DNA of 64,000 nucleotides from Escherichia coli (GTDB lineage Bacteria; Pseudomonadota; Gammaproteobacteria; Enterobacterales; Enterobacteriaceae): NCBI RefSeq assembly GCF_030013595.1, contig NZ_CP122768.1; one strand, 5' to 3'. Shown piece by piece: positions 49,204 to 64,000 of this stretch (position 1 is its first letter; each line of letters starts with the position of its first letter). The notes under the pieces were generated by a model. It saw only the letters and a program-made list of their open reading frames with translations, ran no database searches and was not told where the DNA came from. The position numbers and the translations under genes were made by a program.

Positions 49204-51489
49204 TCAGATCTTACATGCGCCGCTTTCGCAGCCATCGTCCTGGATTGACGGTACCAGATCGTCCTGCGCGTCTTCAGCGCCGTCACGGGTGTTCTGATAA
49301 TACAGCGTTTTGACCCCGAATTTGTAGGCGGTGAGCAGGTCTTTCAGCAGTTGCTGCATCGGCACTTTTCCTGACGGGAAGCGTGACGGATCGTAGTTGG
49401 TGTTAGCAGAGATCGACTGATCGATAAATTTCTGCATGATACCCACCAGTTGCAGGTAGCCATCGTTACCCGGCATTTCCCACAGCAGCTCATAGGCGTC
49501 GTGCAGATGCTCGTAGTCCGGCACCACCTGGCGCAGAATACCGTCTTTCGACGCTTTGATGCTGACGTAACCGCGCGGCGGTTCAATACCGTTAGTGGCG
49601 TTAGAGATCTGCGAAGAGGTCTCGGACGGCATCAGAGCAGAAAGCGTGGAGTTACGCAGGCCGTGCGTTTTGATTGACTCACGCAGTGCTTCCCAGTCGT
49701 AATGCAGCGGCTCATTAGCGATGGCATCCAGATCTTTCTTATAGGTATCGATCGGCAGGATCCCTTTCGCGTAAGTGGTTTCGTTAAACCACGGGCACGC
49801 GCCTTGCTCTTTCGCCAGCTCATTAGAGGCTTTCAGCAGGTAATACTGAATAGCTTCGAAGGTTTTATGCGTCAGGTTGTTGGCGCTGCCGTCGGAGTAG
49901 CGTTTACCGTGCTTCGCCAGGTAGTAAGCGAAGTTGATCACACCAATACCCAGCGTACGACGACCCATCGCTCCACGTTTGGCGGCCGGGATCGGGTAAT
50001 CCTGATAGTCCAGCAGCGCGTCGAGTGCGCGTACCGCCAGAATCGCCAGCTCTTCCAGTTCATCCAGGCTATTAATTGCGCCCAGGTTGAAAGCAGACAG
50101 CGTACACAGCGCGATTTCACCGTTCTCGTCGTTGACATCATTCAGCGGTTTGGTCGGCAGGGCGATTTCCAGGCACAGGTTAGACTGGCGCACTGGCGCG
50201 ATGGCCGGATCAAACGGGCTATGGGTATTGCAGTGGTCAACGTTCTGAATATAGATACGACCGGTAGACGCACGTTCCTGCATCATCAGCGAGAACAGCT
50301 CAACGGCTTTCACACGCTGCTTGCGGATGCTGTCGTCTTTCTCATATTTGGTGTACAGGCGTTCAAACTCTTCCTGATCGGCGAAGAACGCGTCGTACAG
50401 CCCCGGCACGTCGGACGGGCTGAACAGAGTGATATCTTCACCTTTCAGCAGACGGGTATACATCAGTTTGTTGATTTGTACCCCGTAGTCCATATGACGC
50501 ACGCGGTTGCCTTCAACCCCACGGTTGTTTTTCAACACCAGCAGGCTTTCCACTTCCAGATGCCACATCGGGTAGAACAGCGTAGCCGCACCGCCACGCA
50601 CACCGCCCTGAGAGCAGGATTTCACCGCTGTCTGGAAATGCTTATAGAACGGAATACAACCGGTATGGAACGCTTCGCCACCGCGAATCGGGCTACCCAG
50701 CGCACGAATACGCCCGGCATTGATGCCGATCCCGGCACGCTGGGAAACGTATTTAACAATCGCGCTGGAGGTGGCGTTAATGGAATCCAGGCTGTCACCG
50801 CACTCGATCAGTACGCAGGAGCTGAACTGACGAGTCGGGGTACGCACGCCGGACATGATTGGCGTCGGCAGCGAAATTTTAAATGTGGAAACCGCGTCGT
50901 AAAAACGCTTCACGTATTGCAGGCGCGTTTCACGCGGGTAGTTCGAGAACAGGCACGCGGCAACCAGAATATAAAGGAACTGGGCGCTTTCGTAGATTTC
51001 GCCGGTCACGCGGTTCTGTACCAGATATTTGCCTTCCAGCTGCTTAACGGCAGCATAAGAGAAGGTCATATCACGGTCGTGATCGATAAACGTGTCCATC
51101 TGCTTGAACTCTTCTTCCGTGTAGTCTTCCAGCAGATGATTATCGTATTTGCCCATCTCGACCATTTTCACCACGTGGTCGTACAGCGCAGGCGGCTCAA
51201 ACTGGCCGTAGGCTTTTTTACGCAGGTGGAAGATCGCCAGGCGCGCGGCGAGATACTGATAATCCGGCGCATCACGGGAGATCAGGTCTGCGGCAGCCTT
51301 AATAATGGTTTCGTGGATGTCAGAGGTCTTGATACCGTCATAAAACTGAATGTGGGAGCGCAGTTCGACCTGGGAAATCGAAACGTTATGCAGTCCTTCT
51401 GCCGCCCAATCCAGAACGCGATGGATTTTGTCGAGATTGATGCGCTCTGTGCTACCGTCGCGCTTTGTCACCAGCAGATTCTGATTCAT
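49204..51489 (-). CDS. nrdA: Class Ia ribonucleotide reductase alpha subunit
   Basis: 761-aa ORF recognised as NrdA. Confidence 0.97.
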   Translation of the reverse strand: MNQNLLVTKRDGSTERINLDKIHRVLDWAAEGLHNVSISQVELRSHIQFYDGIKTSDIHETIIKAAADLISRDAPDYQYLAARLAIFHLRKKAYGQFEPPALYDHVVKMVEMGKYDNHLLEDYTEEEFKQMDTFIDHDRDMTFSYAAVKQLEGKYLVQNRVTGEIYESAQFLYILVAACLFSNYPRETRLQYVKRFYDAVSTFKISLPTPIMSGVRTPTRQFSSCVLIECGDSLDSINATSSAIVKYVSQRAGIGINAGRIRALGSPIRGGEAFHTGCIPFYKHFQTAVKSCSQGGVRGGAATLFYPMWHLEVESLLVLKNNRGVEGNRVRHMDYGVQINKLMYTRLLKGEDITLFSPSDVPGLYDAFFADQEEFERLYTKYEKDDSIRKQRVKAVELFSLMMQERASTGRIYIQNVDHCNTHSPFDPAIAPVRQSNLCLEIALPTKPLNDVNDENGEIALCTLSAFNLGAINSLDELEELAILAVRALDALLDYQDYPIPAAKRGAMGRRTLGIGVINFAYYLAKHGKRYSDGSANNLTHKTFEAIQYYLLKASNELAKEQGACPWFNETTYAKGILPIDTYKKDLDAIANEPLHYDWEALRESIKTHGLRNSTLSALMPSETSSQISNATNGIEPPRGYVSIKASKDGILRQVVPDYEHLHDAYELLWEMPGNDGYLQLVGIMQKFIDQSISANTNYDPSRFPSGKVPMQQLLKDLLTAYKFGVKTLYYQNTRDGAEDAQDDLVPSIQDDGCESGACKI

Positions 51490-51566
51490 GTATGTCGTAC
51501 CTGTTTTTGGAATTCTTTCCGCAATAGTTTCATGCAGACTACCTGTAGTGAGGGAAGCTGCTTAGA

Positions 51567-51651
51567 ACACTATATATAGGGGGTATGTTTGGGATTCACT
51601 GCAAGATAGTGTGAAAATGGCCCTCTTGCAAGTGCATAACTTTGTGGATAA
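51567..51651 (-). promoter_or_regulatory. nrdAB promoter control region: two NrdR-box-like 16-bp palindromes (51567-51582, 51598-51613) and a DnaA box TTATCCACA (51643-51651)
   Basis: acactatatatagggg and acactatcttgcagtg (minus strand) resemble the NrdR box; centres about 31 bp apart; tgtggataa is the reverse complement of the DnaA box consensus. Confidence 0.6.
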
Positions 51652-52184
51652 CTCAGGAAGGAAAAAGTGGCTTTCGCGCACCTTAGGTCAGACAAGGTGT
51701 CCGGGAAAGTCAATGGGAAGAGAAAAATTTGTTAAAAATAACTGTTCGGCGATTTCTTGAACGGAAGAATAGGTTAGATAAATTGATATAGATGGTTTAT
51801 TAATCTTTTGGCTAATGATTGCAAAAATTGATCTAAGCACGAATCATCGCATAATCTGATGTATCAGTTCTGGTCAATATATAAGCGAATGTAAGCGATT
51901 GTTGATATCGAAATGGTTGTTTTCTCTTCGGTTATTGTTAAATGCGAAGCCATTTTGTTAATTTACCTTATATTATAAGAAAATTATTCATTACTTTAAT
52001 TCAGTTTAAATATAACTAATATCCCTTAAGGTGATTAACTTGAATTATGACGCACTGATATTATTCATGAAATAATAACAAAATAGCCATTGCACGGGGT
52101 TGAACAAATTACAAAAGAAAAATAACCCATATCGTATAATGCGATTAAATATGCCGTCTTATAGAAAATGATGGTCAGATTAAT

Positions 52185-55100
52185 ATGCGGATTATTTTTC
52201 TACGCAAGGAGTATTTATCTTTACTCCCGTCAATGATTGCGTCTCTTTTCTCTGCTAACGGTGTCGCGGCGGCCATTGATTTATGCCAGGGATATGATAT
52301 CAAAGCGAGTTGTCACGCCAGCAGGCAAAGCCTTTCAAGCTTTACGCAGGACTGGAGCATCGCCGATGGGCAATGGCTGGTTTTTTCGGATATGACTAAT
52401 AACGCCAGCGGTGGGGCCGTATTTTTGCAACAAGGAGCGGAGTTTTCTCTATCGCCAGAAAATGAAACTGGAATGACTCTGTTTGCCATTAATACTGTCT
52501 CAGGAGAATATAATAACGGCGGGGCAATATTTGCTAAAGAAAACTCAACGCTGAATCTTACTAATGTTATTTTTTCCGATAACGTTGCAGGTGGCTATGG
52601 TGGCGCAATCTATTCTTCTGGTACTAACGATACCGGTGTCGTCGATTTAAGTGTCACTAACGCCGTGTTTCGCAATAACATCGCTAATGACGGCAAAGGT
52701 GGTGCAATTTATACCATCAACAATGACGTCTATTTAAGTGAAGTTATTTTTGACAATAACCAGGCATATACATCAACAAGTTACAGCGATGGCGATGGGG
52801 GCGCAATCGATGTCACCGATAATAATAGCGATATCACGCATCCGTCAGGTTTCACAATAATAAATAACACCGCATTTACAAATAACACTGCCGAAGGTTA
52901 TGGCGGGGCAATTTATACCAATAGCGTGACGGCTCCCTATCTTATTGATATTTCGATTGATGACAGCTACAGCCAGAACGGCGGCGTGTTACTCGATGAG
53001 AACAATAGCGCGGCAGGTTATGGGGATGGTCCTTCCACTGCGGCGGGCGGCTTTATGTATCTCGGCTTAAGTGAAGTTACCTTTGATATTGCCGACGGAA
53101 AAACGCTGGTTATCGGCAATACAGAGAATGACGGAGCTGTTGACTCTATTGCTGGTACCGGGGTAATCACCAAAACAGGTTCCGGCGATCTGGTACTTAA
53201 TGCAGATAACAATGACTTTACTGGCGAGATGCAGATAGAAAACGGTGAAGTTACCCTGGGCCGCAGCAACTCCCTGATGAATGTCGGCGATACGCATTGC
53301 CAGGACGATCCGCAAGACTGCTACGGTCTGACGATAGGGAGTATTGATCAGTATCAGAATCAGGCTGAGCTAAACGTTGGCTCGACCCAACAAACTTTTG
53401 TGCACGCATTGACGGGCTTTCAGAATGGCACTTTAAATATCGATGCTGGTGGCAACGTTACTGTTAATCAGGGCAGTTTTGCTGGCACCATCGAAGGTGC
53501 TGGTCAGCTCACCATTGCGCAAAACGGCAGCTACGTGCTGGCAGGGGCTCAGTCGATGGCGCTAACTGGCGATATAGTCGTTGATGATGGTGCGGTGCTT
53601 TCACTGGAAGGCGACGCGACAGATCTCGCCGCTCTCCAGGACGATCCGCAGTCGATTGTGGTAAACGGCGGTGTGCTCGATCTCTCTGATTTCTCCACCT
53701 GGCAGAGCGGTACATCATACAACGATGGCCTTGAAGTCAGCGGCAGCGGCGGTACGGTTATCGGCAGTCAGGATGTGGTGGATCTCGCAGGTGGCGACAA
53801 TTTGCATATCGGCGGCGACGGTAAAGATGGCGTCTACGTGGTGATCGATGCGGGCGACGGGCTGGTTAGCCTGGCAAACAATAATAGTTACCTGGGCACC
53901 ACGCAAATCGCTTCCGGTACGCTGGTGGTGAGTGACAACTCGCAGCTTGGCAATACCGACGAAAACCGTCAGCTCATCTTTACTGATAGCCAACAACAAA
54001 GTGAGATGGAAATTACCGCTGACGTTGATACTCGTTCAGAGGCAGCAGGTCACGGGCGTGATATTGAAATGCGCGCCGACGGTGAAGTGGCGGTTGATGC
54101 GGGGGTAGACACGCAGTGGGGCGCACTGATGGCTGACAGCAGCGGGCAGCATCAGGATGAGGGTAGCACATTGACGAAAACGGGGGCGGGTACGCTGGAA
54201 CTGACCGCCAGCGGTACAACGCAGTCGGCGGTACGTGTCGAAGAAGGCACCCTGCAAGGTGATGTTGCGGATATCTTCCCTTATGCTTCGTCGCTGTGGG
54301 TCGGTGACGGGGCAACGTTCAAGACTGGCGCGGATCAGGATATTCAGTCAATTGATGCTACTTCCAGCGGCACTATCGACATCAGCGATGGTACGGTTTT
54401 GCGCCTGACCGGGCAGGATACTTCCGTCGCCCTTAATGCCTCACTGTTTAACGGCAATGGGACGCTGGTGAATGCCACCGATGGCGTGACGTTGACAGGC
54501 GAGCTTAATACCAACCTTGAAACTGACAGCCTGACCTATCTTGCCGACGTGACGGTTAATGGTGATCTGACCAATACGTCCGGTGCGGTTAGCCTGCAAA
54601 ATGGCGTCGCTGGCGATACGCTGACGGTAAACGGTGATTATACCGGCGGCGGTACGCTACTGCTCGATAGCGAATTAAACGGCGATGACTCGGCAAGTGA
54701 CCAACTGGTGTTGAACGGTAATACTGCTGGCAACACGACCGTGGTAATTAATCCCATTACGGGTATTGGTGAGCCGACATCTACAGGTATTAAAGTGGTT
54801 GATTTCGCAGCCGATCCAACGCAATTTCAAAACAATGCGCAGTTCAGTCTGGCGGGCAGCGGCTACGTCAATATGGGCGCGTATGACTACACGCTGGTGG
54901 AAGATAACAACGACTGGTATCTGCGATCGCAAGAAGTAACGCCACCATCGCCACCTGATCCAGACCCGACTCCCGATCCTGATCCCACGCCGGATCCTGA
55001 TCCAACACCCGACCCGGCCCCGGACCCTACGCCTGCCTACCAGCCGGTGTTGAATGCCAAAGTTGGTGGATATTTTAATAACCTGCGGGCGGCAAATCAG

Positions 55101-55943
55101 GCGTTTGTGATGGAGCGACACGATCACGCTGGTGGCGATGGTCAGACGCTGAATTTACGTGTTATCGGCGGACGTTATCATTACACAGCAGCGGGGCAAC
55201 TGGCTCAGCATGAAGACACTTCTACGGTGCAGCTTAGCGGCGACTTGTTTAGCGGGCGCTGGGGCGCGGATGGCGAGTGGATGCTTGGGGCGGTTGGTGG
55301 CTACAGTGATAACCAGGGCGACAGCCGCTCGAATATGACCGGAACTCGCGCCGATAACCAGAACCACGGTTATGCCGTTGGTCTGACCTCAAGCTGGTTT
55401 CAGCACGGTAATCAGAAGCAGGGGGCCTGGCTGGATAGCTGGCTGCAATACGCGTGGTTTAACAATGATGTTTCCGAACAAGACGATGGCACAGATCATT
55501 ACCATTCGTCGGGGATTATCGCCTCGCTGGAAGCGGGGTATCAGTGGTTACCGGGGCGTGGTGTGGTGATTGAACCGCAGGCGCAGGTGATTTATCAGGG
55601 CGTGCAGCAGGATGATTTTACCGCCGCTAACCATGCGCGCGTGTCACAATCGCAGGGTGATGATATTCAAACGCGGCTGGGTTTACACAGCGAATGGCGT
55701 ACCGCTGTTCATGTCATACCAACATTAGATCTGAATTATTATCACGATCCCCATGCGACGGAAATTGAAGAAGATGGCAGCACTATCAGTGACGATGCGG
55801 TGAAGCAACGGGGGGAAATAAAAGTGGGAGTAACGGGCAATATCAGCCAGCGAGTGTCCCTGCGCGGCAGCGTGGCGTGGCAGAAAGGGAGTGATGATTT
55901 TGCCCAGACGGCAGGGTTTTTGTCGATGACGGTGAAATGGTAG
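52185..55943 (+). CDS. yfaL: Type Va autotransporter adhesin (pertactin-like passenger, Pro-rich linker, C-terminal beta-barrel)
   Basis: 1252-aa ORF; signal peptide; PSPPDPDPTPDPDPTPDPDPTPDPAPDPTP linker; C-terminal ...SMTVKW. Confidence 0.88.
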   Translation: MRIIFLRKEYLSLLPSMIASLFSANGVAAAIDLCQGYDIKASCHASRQSLSSFTQDWSIADGQWLVFSDMTNNASGGAVFLQQGAEFSLSPENETGMTLFAINTVSGEYNNGGAIFAKENSTLNLTNVIFSDNVAGGYGGAIYSSGTNDTGVVDLSVTNAVFRNNIANDGKGGAIYTINNDVYLSEVIFDNNQAYTSTSYSDGDGGAIDVTDNNSDITHPSGFTIINNTAFTNNTAEGYGGAIYTNSVTAPYLIDISIDDSYSQNGGVLLDENNSAAGYGDGPSTAAGGFMYLGLSEVTFDIADGKTLVIGNTENDGAVDSIAGTGVITKTGSGDLVLNADNNDFTGEMQIENGEVTLGRSNSLMNVGDTHCQDDPQDCYGLTIGSIDQYQNQAELNVGSTQQTFVHALTGFQNGTLNIDAGGNVTVNQGSFAGTIEGAGQLTIAQNGSYVLAGAQSMALTGDIVVDDGAVLSLEGDATDLAALQDDPQSIVVNGGVLDLSDFSTWQSGTSYNDGLEVSGSGGTVIGSQDVVDLAGGDNLHIGGDGKDGVYVVIDAGDGLVSLANNNSYLGTTQIASGTLVVSDNSQLGNTDENRQLIFTDSQQQSEMEITADVDTRSEAAGHGRDIEMRADGEVAVDAGVDTQWGALMADSSGQHQDEGSTLTKTGAGTLELTASGTTQSAVRVEEGTLQGDVADIFPYASSLWVGDGATFKTGADQDIQSIDATSSGTIDISDGTVLRLTGQDTSVALNASLFNGNGTLVNATDGVTLTGELNTNLETDSLTYLADVTVNGDLTNTSGAVSLQNGVAGDTLTVNGDYTGGGTLLLDSELNGDDSASDQLVLNGNTAGNTTVVINPITGIGEPTSTGIKVVDFAADPTQFQNNAQFSLAGSGYVNMGAYDYTLVEDNNDWYLRSQEVTPPSPPDPDPTPDPDPTPDPDPTPDPAPDPTPAYQPVLNAKVGGYFNNLRAANQAFVMERHDHAGGDGQTLNLRVIGGRYHYTAAGQLAQHEDTSTVQLSGDLFSGRWGADGEWMLGAVGGYSDNQGDSRSNMTGTRADNQNHGYAVGLTSSWFQHGNQKQGAWLDSWLQYAWFNNDVSEQDDGTDHYHSSGIIASLEAGYQWLPGRGVVIEPQAQVIYQGVQQDDFTAANHARVSQSQGDDIQTRLGLHSEWRTAVHVIPTLDLNYYHDPHATEIEEDGSTISDDAVKQRGEIKVGVTGNISQRVSLRGSVAWQKGSDDFAQTAGFLSMTVKW

Positions 55944-55963
55944 CTGCTTTGCGCCCGGCATTG

Positions 55964-55997
55964 TAGCCGGATGTGGTGCGAGCACCTTATCCGGCTA
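55964..55997. repeat. REP-like palindrome / bidirectional terminator between convergent yfaL and ubiG
   Basis: tagccggatgtggtgcgagcaccttatccggcta. Confidence 0.55.
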
Positions 55998-56003
55998 ACA
56001 ATT

Positions 56004-56726
56004 TTATTTATTCTGCGTGTGCAGCATATAGTTCACATCCACGCCGGGGCCGAGCTTAAAGGAATTAGTGATCGGGTTGTAATGCAGCCCAGTCATATGC
56101 CGCTCTTTAAGGCTTGTCTGATCCACCCAGCCCAGCAGTTCTGCCGGTTTAATAAACTTCTTCACATCATGTGTACCTTTAGGCACCATGCGCAAAATAT
56201 ATTCCGCGCCGACTACCGCCATCAGCCATGACTTGCCGTTGCGGTTAAGCGTCGAGAAAAAGACATCGCCGCCCGGTTTCACCAGTTGCGCACAGGCTCT
56301 TACCACTGACTGCGGATCGGGCACGTGCTCCAGCATCTCCATGCAGGTCACCACATCATACTGCTCGGCATGTTTTGCCGCGTGCTCTTCCACGGTTTCC
56401 TGCACGTAATCCACCTGAATGCCGCTTTCCAGCGCGTGCAGCTTTGCCACCTGCAATGGCTCAAAGCCCATATCCAGACCGGTCACCGTCGCGCCTTCGC
56501 GCGCCATACTCTCGGCCAGAATGCCGCCGCCACAACCGACATCGAGTACCTTTTTGCCAAATAAACCGCCAGCACGCTCGGCAATATAGCCCAGACGCAG
56601 CGGGTTAATGCGGTGCAGCGGTTTGAACTCACCTTCAAGATCCCACCAGCGGGAGGCGACAGCTTCAAATTTAGCGATCTCTTCGTGGTCTACGTTATGG
56701 TTTACCGGCGATTTTTCGGCATTCAT
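56004..56726 (-). CDS. ubiG: Ubiquinone biosynthesis O-methyltransferase
   Basis: 240-aa product from [24 protein letters not shown]-binding motif [12 protein letters not shown]-track start at 56774. Confidence 0.92.
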   Translation of the reverse strand: MNAEKSPVNHNVDHEEIAKFEAVASRWWDLEGEFKPLHRINPLRLGYIAERAGGLFGKKVLDVGCGGGILAESMAREGATVTGLDMGFEPLQVAKLHALESGIQVDYVQETVEEHAAKHAEQYDVVTCMEMLEHVPDPQSVVRACAQLVKPGGDVFFSTLNRNGKSWLMAVVGAEYILRMVPKGTHDVKKFIKPAELLGWVDQTSLKERHMTGLHYNPITNSFKLGPGVDVNYMLHTQNK

Positions 56727-56872
56727 TGGCACTTCTACTCCGTAATTGGCAAGACAAACGAGTATATCAGGCATTGGATGTGAATAAAGCGTATAGGTTT
56801 ACCTCAAACTGCGCGGCTGTGTTATAATTTGCGACCTTTGAATCCGGGATACAGTAGAGGGATAGCGGTTAG

Positions 56873-59500
56873 ATGAGCGACCTTGCGAGAGAAATTACAC
56901 CGGTCAACATTGAGGAAGAGCTGAAGAGCTCCTATCTGGATTATGCGATGTCGGTCATTGTTGGCCGTGCGCTGCCAGATGTCCGAGATGGCCTGAAGCC
57001 GGTACACCGTCGCGTACTTTACGCCATGAACGTACTAGGCAATGACTGGAACAAAGCCTATAAAAAATCTGCCCGTGTCGTTGGTGACGTAATCGGTAAA
57101 TACCATCCCCATGGTGACTCGGCGGTTTATGATACGATCGTCCGTATGGCGCAGCCATTCTCGCTGCGTTACATGCTGGTAGACGGTCAGGGTAACTTCG
57201 GTTCCATCGACGGCGACTCTGCGGCGGCAATGCGTTATACGGAAATCCGTCTGGCGAAAATTGCCCATGAACTGATGGCCGATCTCGAAAAAGAGACGGT
57301 CGATTTCGTTGATAACTATGACGGCACGGAAAAAATTCCCGACGTCATGCCAACCAAAATTCCTAACCTGCTGGTGAACGGTTCTTCCGGTATCGCCGTA
57401 GGTATGGCAACCAACATCCCGCCGCACAACCTGACGGAAGTCATCAACGGTTGTCTGGCGTATATCGATGATGAAGACATCAGCATTGAAGGGCTGATGG
57501 AACACATCCCGGGGCCGGACTTCCCGACGGCGGCAATCATTAACGGTCGTCGCGGTATTGAAGAAGCTTACCGTACCGGTCGTGGCAAGGTATATATCCG
57601 CGCCCGTGCCGAAGTGGAAGTTGACGCCAAAACCGGACGTGAAACCATTATCGTCCACGAAATTCCGTATCAGGTAAACAAAGCGCGCCTGATCGAGAAG
57701 ATTGCGGAACTGGTAAAAGAAAAACGCGTGGAAGGCATCAGCGCGCTGCGTGACGAGTCTGACAAAGACGGTATGCGCATCGTGATTGAAGTTAAACGCG
57801 ATGCGGTCGGTGAAGTTGTGCTTAACAACCTCTACTCCCAGACCCAGTTGCAGGTTTCTTTCGGTATCAACATGGTGGCATTGCATCATGGTCAGCCGAA
57901 GATCATGAACCTGAAAGACATCATCGCGGCGTTTGTTCGTCACCGCCGCGAAGTGGTGACTCGTCGTACTATTTTCGAACTGCGTAAAGCTCGCGATCGT
58001 GCTCATATCCTTGAAGCATTAGCCGTGGCACTGGCGAACATCGACCCGATCATCGAACTGATCCGTCATGCGCCGACGCCTGCAGAAGCGAAAACTGCGC
58101 TGGTTGCTAATCCGTGGCAGCTGGGCAACGTTGCCGCGATGCTCGAACGAGCGGGCGATGATGCTGCGCGTCCGGAATGGCTGGAGCCAGAGTTCGGCGT
58201 GCGTGATGGTCTGTACTACCTGACCGAACAGCAAGCTCAGGCGATTCTGGATCTGCGTTTGCAGAAACTGACCGGCCTTGAGCATGAAAAACTGCTCGAC
58301 GAATACAAAGAGCTGCTGGATCAGATCGCAGAACTGCTGCGTATTCTTGGCAGTGCCGATCGTCTGATGGAAGTGATCCGCGAAGAGCTGGAACTGGTTC
58401 GTGAACAGTTCGGTGACAAACGTCGTACTGAAATTACTGCCAACAGCGCCGACATCAACCTGGAAGATCTGATCACCCAGGAAGATGTGGTTGTGACGCT
58501 CTCTCACCAGGGCTACGTGAAGTATCAGCCGCTTTCTGAATACGAAGCGCAGCGTCGTGGCGGGAAAGGTAAATCTGCCGCACGTATTAAAGAAGAAGAC
58601 TTTATTGACCGACTGCTGGTGGCGAACACCCACGACCATATTCTGTGCTTCTCCAGCCGTGGTCGCGTCTATTCGATGAAAGTCTATCAGTTGCCGGAAG
58701 CCACTCGTGGCGCGCGTGGTCGTCCGATCGTCAACCTGCTGCCGCTGGAGCAGGACGAACGTATCACTGCGATCCTGCCGGTGACCGAGTTTGAAGAAGG
58801 CGTGAAAGTCTTCATGGCGACCGCTAACGGTACCGTGAAGAAAACTGTCCTCACCGAATTCAACCGTCTGCGTACCGCCGGTAAAGTGGCGATCAAACTG
58901 GTTGACGGCGATGAGCTGATCGGCGTTGACCTGACCAGCGGCGAAGACGAAGTAATGCTGTTCTCCGCTGAAGGTAAAGTGGTGCGCTTTAAAGAGTCTT
59001 CTGTCCGTGCGATGGGCTGCAACACCACCGGTGTTCGTGGTATTCGTTTAGGCGAAGGCGATAAAGTCGTCTCTCTGATCGTGCCTCGTGGCGATGGCGC
59101 AATCCTCACCGCAACGCAGAACGGTTATGGTAAACGTACCGCAGTGGCGGAATACCCGACTAAGTCGCGTGCGACGAAAGGGGTTATCTCCATCAAGGTT
59201 ACCGAACGTAACGGTTTAGTGGTTGGCGCGGTGCAGGTAGATGACTGCGACCAGATCATGATGATCACCGATGCCGGTACGCTGGTACGTACTCGCGTTT
59301 CGGAAATCAGCATCGTGGGCCGTAACACCCAGGGCGTGATCCTCATCCGTACTGCGGAAGATGAAAACGTAGTGGGTCTGCAACGTGTTGCTGAACCGGT
59401 TGACGAGGAAGATCTGGATACCATCGACGGCAGTGCCGCGGAAGGGGACGATGAAATCGCTCCGGAAGTGGACGTTGACGACGAGCCAGAAGAAGAATAA
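56873..59500 (+). CDS. gyrA: DNA gyrase subunit A (quinolone-resistance region wild-type: Ser83 TCG, Asp87 GAT)
   Basis: 875-aa ORF; codons 83 (57119-57121) and 87 (57131-57133) read S and D. Confidence 0.97.
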
Positions 59501-59521
59501 TTTTACTTCTTCATGCCAAAA

Positions 59522-59542
59522 GGGAGCTATCTCCCTTGTTTG
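59522..59542 (+). terminator. gyrA terminator hairpin (GGGAG-ctat-CTCCC + TTGTTTG); a second hairpin follows at 59554-59580
   Basis: perfect 5-bp stem with U-rich tail 21 nt after the stop; second stem CCAGGC...GTCTGG followed by GCTTTTG. Confidence 0.6.
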
Positions 59543-59648
59543 AATTGAAAAGTCCAGGCTGCAAAGTCTGGGCTTTTGTCGTATTAGGGCGCGGTAAAGT
59601 TTTGCTGTGCTCATAAAAAATGGCTGGCTTTACACAAGGAATGTGGCA

Positions 59649-64000
<4,352 letters not shown>

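Noticed and set aside
49702..51579. 625-aa ORF antisense to nrdA
   Set aside because: Shadow ORF on the opposite strand of a highly conserved gene; no start context; composition is not protein-like.
54940..55035. Non-coding tandem repeat or minisatellite
   Set aside because: Repeat is inside the yfaL reading frame and encodes a Pro/Asp-rich linker.
57110..57133. Possible quinolone-resistance mutations in the gyrA QRDR
   Set aside because: Codon 83 is TCG (Ser) and codon 87 is GAT (Asp), both wild-type; no resistance substitution is visible.
57035..58006. 323-aa ORF antisense to gyrA (also 16134..17297 antisense to menB/menC and 14380..14985 antisense to menD)
   Set aside because: Same reasoning: these overlap strongly recognised genes on the other strand and have no independent support.

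Overview
This window is an Escherichia coli-type chromosomal segment. Almost all of it is well-known core metabolism, and I see no CRISPR array, tRNA/rRNA gene, prophage or large unexplained gene cluster. Gene order runs: nuoH (3' part)-nuoIJKLMN, yfbM, yfbL, elaD, rbn, elaA, elaB, menFDHBCE, pmrD, the arnBCADTEF operon (minus strand), ais, nudI, yfaZ, yfaY, rhmR-rhmD-rhmT-rhmA, ypaA/rpnB(yfaD), glpCBA and divergent glpTQ, a LysR regulator plus MFS transporter pair, inaA, yfaE-nrdB-nrdA, yfaL, ubiG, gyrA, and yfaA-yfaT-yfaS (partial). Three things stand out. (1) A complete 1329-bp IS10 with a perfect 9-bp target-site duplication sits inside the first codons of arnB, cutting the lipid A aminoarabinose operon off from its PmrA/BasR-box promoter and native start codon. 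(2) rhmR carries a +1 frameshift in a G-run. (3) The Rpn nuclease gene rpnB has a tandemly duplicated 3' module forming the stand-alone small ORF ypaA, with a strong internal ribosome-binding site embedded in rpnB. Genes that I recall at the nuoN-yfbM and yfbL-elaD junctions in K-12 (yfbNOP, yfbK) are absent here, and the LysR/MFS pair is intact, so this is probably not K-12. All product calls come from recognising the translated ORFs by memory, not from a database search.
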